The position numbers and the translations under genes were made by a program. Below, piece by piece: positions 54,433 to 64,000 of a DNA stretch of 64,000 nucleotides (position 1 is the stretch's first letter; each line of letters opens with the position of its first letter). The notes beneath the pieces were generated by a model, which worked only from the letters and a program-made list of their open reading frames with translations, made no database searches and had not been told where the DNA came from. Location: assembly GCA_951406725.2 (NCBI GenBank), contig OX597814.1:34472001-34536000 (forward strand), read 5' to 3'. This DNA is from Octopus vulgaris (lineage: Eukaryota).

Positions 54433-54792
54433 CATATGTGCGTGTGTTTGTGTATTTATATAAGCATACATATGCATATATACATGCGTTTTTATATGTA
54501 TTTATTTATACATATGCATGTATATATGTGCCTGTATTTGTGTGCATGTGTCTGCGTATGTATGTAAATATGTCTGAGTAATATGCATATATTAAAATTA
54601 TAAGTATATGAAAGAATGGAGTTGAACGACTAGTTAACAAATATCCTTTATTCTCGACATATGTTTCGAAGGCTGCATATTCCTTCTACCGTGTTCTTTC
54701 TGATGATGAATTTGCTACCCAGGTATCGGTTATCTTTCGAATTATCCTTAATAAGATAATTCATTCAACTACTCAAATATTCATATATATGC

Positions 54793-54898
<106 letters not shown>

Positions 54899-55611
54899 CA
54901 TGAGTATACTGACACTCACACACATACACTCACGCACTCACACACACACTGATATAAGTTGCGACTGTCTCCTTTTCCTCTTATCTATCTCTAATTTTCT
55001 CCCCTATATTAGTTCTGTCTGTTTTTCTCACTCTCCCTATTTTCTTTCTGCCTCTTTAACTCTGAATTTAAGTAATTCCTCGTTTATTTTTGCTTTCTAA
55101 ACTTCATTCATTAACTTTAAATTACGTTAAGTTCTATTAAGCTGCACGCAACTTATCGGAGTTGAAATGGTGATTTCTTTTTTTGATGCAATTTAATCTT
55201 CCACGTAATTTACTAAATTACACCAAAACTGCTAACAGTTGACTACAATAACAATAACATCAACAGCAACAACAACGACGACGGCGACGACGATGACGAA
55301 CGCCACAAAGGTGACGACAGCAATCAACGTCACGTCGACGATGGCGATGACGAAACAATGACGACGACATCAAAGACGACACCGGCAACGTTTACGCCGA
55401 TAATAACGGTAACTACAAGGACACCCTCACCTCGCTGCCACCACAGCCAACAACACCACCACCACTACAACTGCTACTACTACTACGACTACTACCTCGA
55501 TGACAACGATATGAAAACATCAATATCAATAACGAAATCATCTCTATTGTCCATATGACAATAAAGACGCGCATCAAACAATATTGTTTACAAAACATGC
55601 CGGCATGTACA

Positions 55612-56001
55612 TCTTTATATATAAAAGTGAAGTTGTGTGTCTGTCTCCTACGATTTAGATTCCTAACTACTCCCACATTTTGCGGTGCAGTGTAACCAAA
55701 AGCGGGTATCTTATAGTCGTGATTCATATCGAGCCCTTCTGGGTATTAGCGCGCGTCTACGATGAGTCTACGATTAAAAAAAAATTTACCATCAATTTTT
55801 CCCATTTTAATGCATTTTTGGCATATATAAGGGAAGTAACTCTCTAAAAATGTATTATTAAATCTCAGAACGTAAAAAGCTACAGTAACACCCACCTTTG
55901 TGGTTAGCCATATTAAGATGGCTATTATACTTTACATCTCTAAAAATGTTTATATAGTTATTTCCCTTACAAACCCGTGCAACGCCGGGCGATACTGCTA
56001 G
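55612..56001 (+). mobile_element. Non-autonomous Helitron H1 copy 3
   Basis: A|TCTTTATATATAAAAG ... cccgtgcaacgccggg-cgatactgCTAG|T. Confidence 0.88.
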
Positions 56002-59000
56002 TATATAATAAACAAATTGGAGGCAGGTGAAATATTTAGTACATAAAAAGAATAAGGTTATCTTAACAACAAAGGAGAGACAACCCGCCGACTAATTAGG
56101 ATCACAACGCAACCCTTCGTCAAAGATTTACAACTTTTTTGTCTGTTGTCTAAGTTTACTCTTTATCGATGTCTCTCTTTCTTTTCTCATTACCCCTCCT
56201 CCCGCTTTATAGTCTATATTGCCTCTCAACGCAGCAAGACGATGGGATGGTAGTGCTGCTTGTAACATTTGACAGGTTCTGCACTGCATATACACATACA
56301 TTTCGGCTTCGGCATCATTCGACAGCCCCTCATCTAGATGGTACCGGAAAAAATGCGTCTGTTCTGTTTCTGCACACATATGAAAAAAACAGCTGTTGGT
56401 AATGCTGCCTGGCTTCTATCCACCCCCCTCTTTTCCTTTACATTTCCTTTTCTTCTGGGTATACGGCCCTCAGTAGACCTTCAATACCAAATGCGTAGCA
56501 ACTGGGCCTTCTGCTACATATTCTTCATCTTCTTGATTTCTTCCCTATGTTTTCAACAGGGTATGAGTCTGAGATAACCTTCTTGTCTTCAAAAATCTTT
56601 AAGAGCAGGATGTTAATAGAAAACCCCACCCAACCCTATCACATGTTGCACGTCATCCCTAATTGCTCTTTCGAGGGCTATGAAATTCCATTTCATTTTT
56701 GAACGAAAGGAAGTATGTCCCAGTCTTCCTTTTCATTTTCTGGATAAATTTGTTCCATCTAATTCACCTTTTCCTTGAGTCAGATCATTTCTATAACCTT
56801 TGCAGAATAATATCATTTCGTTGATCATTTTGTTGTTGCTGTTGCATTTTTTCATTTAAATTAACAGTATTATTTCTATCTTCTATTGTACAAGTGTGAA
56901 AGTTTAAACCTGGAGCACTGTTCGTATGTTTATGTTTTTCTTATCCATATATTAAAATTCTGTACTTTTCTTTCGGAACAATGGTGTTCAACGTCTTGTT
57001 GCCAATGGTATCGCGGGCATCTTTCTTCTTACTCAGAGCCAGCCATCTTGCAATGAATATAAATACTGTAAATAGCCGTTTACCAGAAAATATCAAAACA
57101 GCTTAAAATGTCTGGAGATAACACCCTCTTTTACGCAAGGTAGTGAACAGATCCTCAAAGAAAGCCACCCGTTAGTAAAACTGAAAAAAAGAAAAAGAAA
57201 ATATTTTCATCAGATAATCTGATTTAAAACTTTTTCTTCAAGGAGCTCTTTCTTTCTCTGCGGAGGCGTCCATTTTGCTCATGATTAAGATAAAATAACA
57301 TTTAAATTCTATTTGTTTAAGATTGGTTTACTAAAACTCGCATTTCTAATTGCATCATAGAAACCGAATATTTCTTTTGAAAAACATGTTTTAAGTCTAC
57401 TTGTTAAGAGGAAAGTAGCGTTTGAAAATTATCTTCTCAACACCAACTCTGTCATCTATTTATAAATACAAATACAAGAGTAACTAAAACATGATGTGCA
57501 TTGGCACAAAAGAGATACTTGAATTTCTTGGTGTTCTTAGTGTTATTGTTGCTTTGGTAATTACTTTTAAATGATTATCGTGTTATATTGAGTCAAGCTT
57601 TAGAAGTTTATAAGTTTAATGTGTGAAGGAAAAGCCAAAGAAAAAAAAAATTGCAGAAGCTATGGCTGCTTTCATTTTATCATCGTTACGAACAAAACTT
57701 ATGTCAGAAAGTATGCTTTTTATGTTGTTGATGATAATGATAATGACGACAACGATGACGACAATGTTAATGATGATGAAGATGAAAAATATAATGATGT
57801 TGACGTGCTGATGATGATGATGATGATGTAACGATGATGAAGATAATGAATGATAATGATGATGGCAATGAATAGCAGCAAAAATAAAGGGATCTAAATA
57901 GGTACGTTATAAAGATTTTTGTTGTTAACAATCTGAATTTATATATTGAATTTTATTTTTTCTTATCTCGATACATGTGCGATATTTACATGCACTGTTT
58001 TGAAAGAATCTGAGGACTCAAATCATTTTTACAGATTGTGAATGTTCAGCTTTCGGGTGCGCATGCTCTGTCGAGCGGGGTCATATCCACGCGTGCTTCA
58101 CTGAACACGCATAGCCTACGTTGGACCCATGATGATAAGATCTTAGGTTCGATTCTTGACAGAATGGCGTACCTTGTCTTGACTAACATATAATTTCACT
58201 TTACTGCTGTCTACTCAACTGAAAATAAGTACCAATCCGATTACTGGGGCGGCCCCTTCTCTTTAGCCATAAAATCCTCAATGTTCCTTTGGGGCCAAGT
58301 GTGGCTGGACCGACAAGGTATCTTGACCGCATAAATATCTTACATAACAATTACCAAAAGCGTGATATAAACTACAAGTTGATACTTGCTTGCGAGTGAC
58401 GGCTAGTTAATTTTTTTCTCATTTATTAAATTTACAAAACTGTATATTTAACGCATAATCATTAAATAATATTCTTTATAATATACGATGGAGAAACATT
58501 CACACACATATATGCATACATACATTCATATATAAATATATGCTTACACTTTCAAACGCATGCAGTACAGGTACATACATACATACATACATACATACAT
58601 ACATACATACATACATACATACATACATACATACATCTATATGAGCAATATCGCTCCATAACTTGCACAGGCTTTAAATCTTTTACTGGTAACAACAAAT
58701 GAGATCTAGCTGCGATGGCCGAGGAAAGGTTATGTAAATTCGAGCATTCAGGCAGTCTTCAACCAAATCTATTCTTGTTAAGGTTCTGTTGTAGTAACCT
58801 TGGCACAGCATGCCCTCGTATTTTCACTACATTGTTCGTTTTGAAGGATATAAAATTCAAGTTTCCACCCAGACACACTGAGACATATTTGAAACAGGTT
58901 TAAACCAAAGATAAGCCACCTTGCCATCCGATACTTCATCCAATTAATTATTTTTTCACTGATATATGATAGATCCCGAGAAGAAGATTTCACTTATGGG

Positions 59001-59390
59001 TGTTTGTGTTGTACATTCAATGAAACATTCTAATTATTGCATTATATTGTTAGCTGAACATTTCACAGACATTCGTACTCTTAATATAAAGCTCAAGTAC
59101 AATTTACTCGATACAATATTTGACAAAGAAGGCCATTTGGATTAAAGGTACGGACAGTCTGACAAGAGTTCCACAGTGTTTCCATTCAATTTGAATTAAT
59201 TGTCTTTGCTCGCCTTGGGATTAGAGTAGCAAACACTTGCTCAAAATGCCCCTGAGGTTGTATGATTTTGAAGCAAAATTTAAAATTAGTTAGATGTGCG
59301 TGGGCTACCATCCCTCTTTCTCTCTTTTCTTTCCTCGTCTCTTCCCACATACCAGACTCACTTACATATGTTGATACATTTACAAAAATG

Positions 59391-59475
<85 letters not shown>

Positions 59476-59486
59476 CATACATATAC

Positions 59487-59533
<47 letters not shown>

Positions 59534-59808
59534 TACATACATACATATTTAAGGACTCTCACGGATCTACGAAATGACATTCGAATTGGTAACTGTCTTA
59601 GAATTACCGAATTACTTGATTCTGTACCGTATTTATAGGAAATCCAAAACAATTCAGAGATTAACACACAAACACTCCACCACAAACACACACACAAATA
59701 CACACGCACAAATATATATATATATATATATATACATGTGTGTGTATGTTTATGTAGATATGTTTATATATATGTATGTAAACAGACATATATATATCTA
59801 TATATCTA

Positions 59809-59871
<63 letters not shown>

Positions 59872-59874
59872 ATA

Positions 59875-59935
<61 letters not shown>

Positions 59936-60229
59936 GTATATACATATATACATATGTATATGAATATATATATATGCAACTTTGCTTATTAAATTGATAA
60001 TCAAAACGAGTTTATCTCTCTATACAATGGCCTCCGTTCACATTTGTTTCTCATCAAATTCTAATAAAATGCTATCAATGTAATGAAAATGTCTACACAA
60101 CCGTATAAACAACGTAGCACTGCAATTTTTATTTCGCCCAATCCAACTCTATCCTTTCACTCAGTATTGATCTATTTAAACACTGCTCTTTTTTTCAGCA
60201 CCCTATAAATTATTACTAATTCAGATATG

Positions 60230-60230
<1 letters not shown>

Positions 60231-60300
<70 letters not shown>

Positions 60301-60301
60301 T

Positions 60302-60348
<47 letters not shown>
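60231..60348. repeat. (ACT)n microsatellite
   Basis: Direct reading. Confidence 0.95.
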
Positions 60349-60749
60349 ACAACTTATTTTTGTTTAGTTTCGTCGTGTTTTATTTATTTATCTATTTATT
60401 TATTTGGAGGGAAATTTAATTTTCTTACTTATCTCGCTACTGTAGCTGCAGAACCTCCCAGTAGGCTCTCAACCAAGTTGATAACCTCTCAGTGGATGCT
60501 AGTAAGTTGGATATCTAAATATTCGTTTGGTTATTTGCATACATTTACATAGATATTTTCACATATAGATACGCCTCTATGCCTCTACTTACACAGACAG
60601 TTAGACGAAGAGAGATGCACACGAAGATTAAATTCTATACACGAGATATAATTTCGTAAACAATAATATCTCATATATCCAACCAAATATCCACACACAC
60701 AAACACACATATATATGAATATAAATATATAAATATATATATACATATG

Positions 60750-60841
<92 letters not shown>

Positions 60842-60974
60842 TATATATGAATATAAATAAATAAATATATATATACTATGCATACATATATATATATATA
60901 TGTACATAAATATATGTATGCATATATATTTGTATACATACATGTATGCAATTATACATGTATATATAAGTGTA

Positions 60975-61025
<51 letters not shown>

Positions 61026-61576
61026 TTATATCTACGTATTTTCCAGGCACACAGACACACATAGAGACATATATACACACACTCACACACGCACACAAAG
61101 AAACATACAAACAAACCCACGCACTCACACACGTGCACGCACACACGCGCGCACACACACGCACACACACACACGCGCACACACACATACAAACACATAC
61201 AAAGACACATACATATACAAATATACGTGTGTATATAAAAGTCAGGCAAGAGCATTTAGTACTATTATCTCTACGAAAAAGAAAAAACTCAGTACATATG
61301 TAGCTTTATTATGGCTATTGGAATATTCAAAGCTTTATCGTGACGATTTGTTTCATTTCGGGATACAGTTATCAGATTGCGGAATTTTAAAAGGCGGAGG
61401 TGGTGTTTATAGGAAATGGTGTAGATTCACGTGAATATGGCATGCGTTTATGTGGGCATGTATGTATATATATATGTGTGTATTTGTGTGTTGTTTTTAT
61501 TTAGATAATTTCTTTGTATGTGGTATTTTTGTATGGATTGGTTGGGGATGCATACATGTGTTTGGATAGAAAGTTA

Positions 61577-62106
<530 letters not shown>

Positions 62107-62112
62107 AAATGT

Positions 62113-62170
<58 letters not shown>

Positions 62171-62197
62171 TATAAATGTATATATATATATATGTTT

Positions 62198-62237
<40 letters not shown>

Positions 62238-62269
62238 ACGCGTGCTTGTGCGTGTGTGCGTTTGAGCAT

Positions 62270-62463
62270 TTTTTTTTGTTTGTGTTTATCCGCCACCGCT
62301 TGAAAACCAGTGTTTGTTTATGTCTCCGTAGATTTTGCGGTTCAGCGAAAGAGAGTTATGGAATAAGTATAAAACGTAAGCACTAAATTGGTCTGTTTGA
62401 CTGAAACCCTTTCAAGGCATTGCTCGAACATGGCGGCAGTACAATGACTGAAAGAAGCAAAAG
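62270..62463 (+). mobile_element. SINE family B tail, diverged
   Basis: ccaccgcttgaaaacc...catggcggcagtacaatgactgaaa. Confidence 0.7.
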
Positions 62464-64000
62464 TACATTAGTTATTATCTAGGTAACAGGGAAATAAGAA
62501 CATTTTTGTTTTTAGTTTTATGCTAATACTAGGTCGGGATACAGAATTTGGAATGACTTCATGTGGTTATTGCTTAGTATTGATATGTTTAGAAATAGTG
62601 ATGGTAAAAGATGGGAACAGGTAGACTAAAAAAGAAATTAAATGTCATGTTTATGGAATAGTAGTATTAGTGCTTAGAAAATAGGTTTGTTTTAGAGTTT
62701 ATTCACTTTAATTACGAGTGTGCTTTGGTTTATAAGCGTGAAAAGCAACGAGTCATACAGAGTAGTTAAAATCTGAAGGAGAATATTGATCAATGGATTT
62801 TAATTGGTAAACAGGTATGCAACAGGTTGCTAATCTAAAAAAAAATATCATGGTTTCTAAGAATAGATGGATAGCTAATGATATATGGGCGCCTATAAAG
62901 AAATAATTATCAGAAACGGCTATTTATGTACAAAAGCACGTATGAATATATGCATTTAGAAATTAAATGAACGACATACGATAGGACAAATTAGTGGTTG
63001 TACGAGTATACAGATAAAGATAAATACGCGTACGGGTACAGACAAACACGGGTTTAATACCAGTTTTCTTTACGCAGTGTCACATGACAAAGAGCTTGTC
63101 TTTTGTACAAACTTCGGCACACTCTCTGCGTAGCATATACTTTCAATAACTCACTCAACTAATATTCTGTATGAGTGCTCTCCAAACACCAGAAACAACA
63201 AAAGATCATACAACAAGGAAAATCAGATGTAGAATACATACACATTTCTCCATATAATCCTTAAAGTAAATGGTGCACTCAACCCCACTTGGAGTTATTG
63301 TTACAAGAACAGAAATTCCTGGGAAAATTTGTAGTCGAACTGGAGATGAATGTACAAAAAACTTGGCAGTAAACAATATTTATGGTAATGTTTTCTTTCC
63401 CATACCCGTGAAAAACGAATAGCTTTCTTTAAACTAAAACAAAGAAATTCTTATTGTTTATAAGCGAAGATGTTCCTCGACTTGGATAGCTTAGGGAAAT
63501 CAAATATTATATAATGACAATTAAGAGAGAAGCTTTATCAACACAGTACTTACAGGGTTTCTGAAAGGAAATAGAATTTCTTTCCTGTCAATGATATCAT
63601 GATGCTAACTTCTGTACGTACAAGAAAAGAAAAGGAAATATGATTATATGTTCAAACCTTCGTGCAATTTCGTAACAAACACGGGAGCTACTTTTTTTTT
63701 ATTGAATTAAATTTCGTGTTTGTTTTAAACAGTAATGCTAGAAAGAATTTATGCTGTTTATTCTTTTTCTCTACTTGATTACAAACAAATACAGAAATAA
63801 AATATAGAAAAAGAGGACACGAAAGGGTCTGTCAGAGTATCTCATCAATAAATCTCAACAAACTATAACGATGTGAATCTATTTGCATCATTAAAATCTT
63901 TATTACATTTCCAACAGATTTTTACAAGAAATTTGAATTAAAACAATAAATAAATTCGGTTTTAAATCAAATCTGAAATAAACTGAGAAAAAAATCTGAA

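Noticed and set aside
58778-58993. Minus-strand ORF with a signal-peptide-like stretch (MARWLIFGLNLFQICLSVSG) and cysteines
   Set aside because: Short, with no recognisable family or convincing splice sites; compatible with chance.
63170-63430. Integrase-like remnant (VEYIHISPYNP*S)
   Set aside because: A single short degenerate motif; insufficient to call an element.

Overview
AT-rich eukaryotic genomic DNA, almost certainly from an octopus (inferred from the SINE families and the dense (TA)n/(CA)n/(TCTA)n microsatellites). It reads as intronic or intergenic repeat landscape, and no host protein-coding gene is securely identifiable. Most ORF-track entries are microsatellite or SINE read-throughs. 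Supported content: (1) one uninterrupted 338-aa DD37D (maT) transposase ORF; (2) decayed mariner, Tc1/TRT-like, LTR-retrotransposon, CR1-like, RTE and Penelope-like remnants; (3) three tRNA-related SINE families, with nested and composite copies; (4) non-autonomous Helitrons, some carrying a captured fragment; (5) two MITEs and a truncated tRNA-His. The most interesting signals are two hammerhead-ribozyme cores that look intact plus several decayed ones, an 82-bp extremely GC-rich island, two inverted (twin-primed) RTE insertions, a fold-back duplication around a (TA)n tract, and a mosaic segment at 7.2-8.1 kb that is probably an assembly artefact. Coordinates were read by eye and repeat boundaries are approximate.
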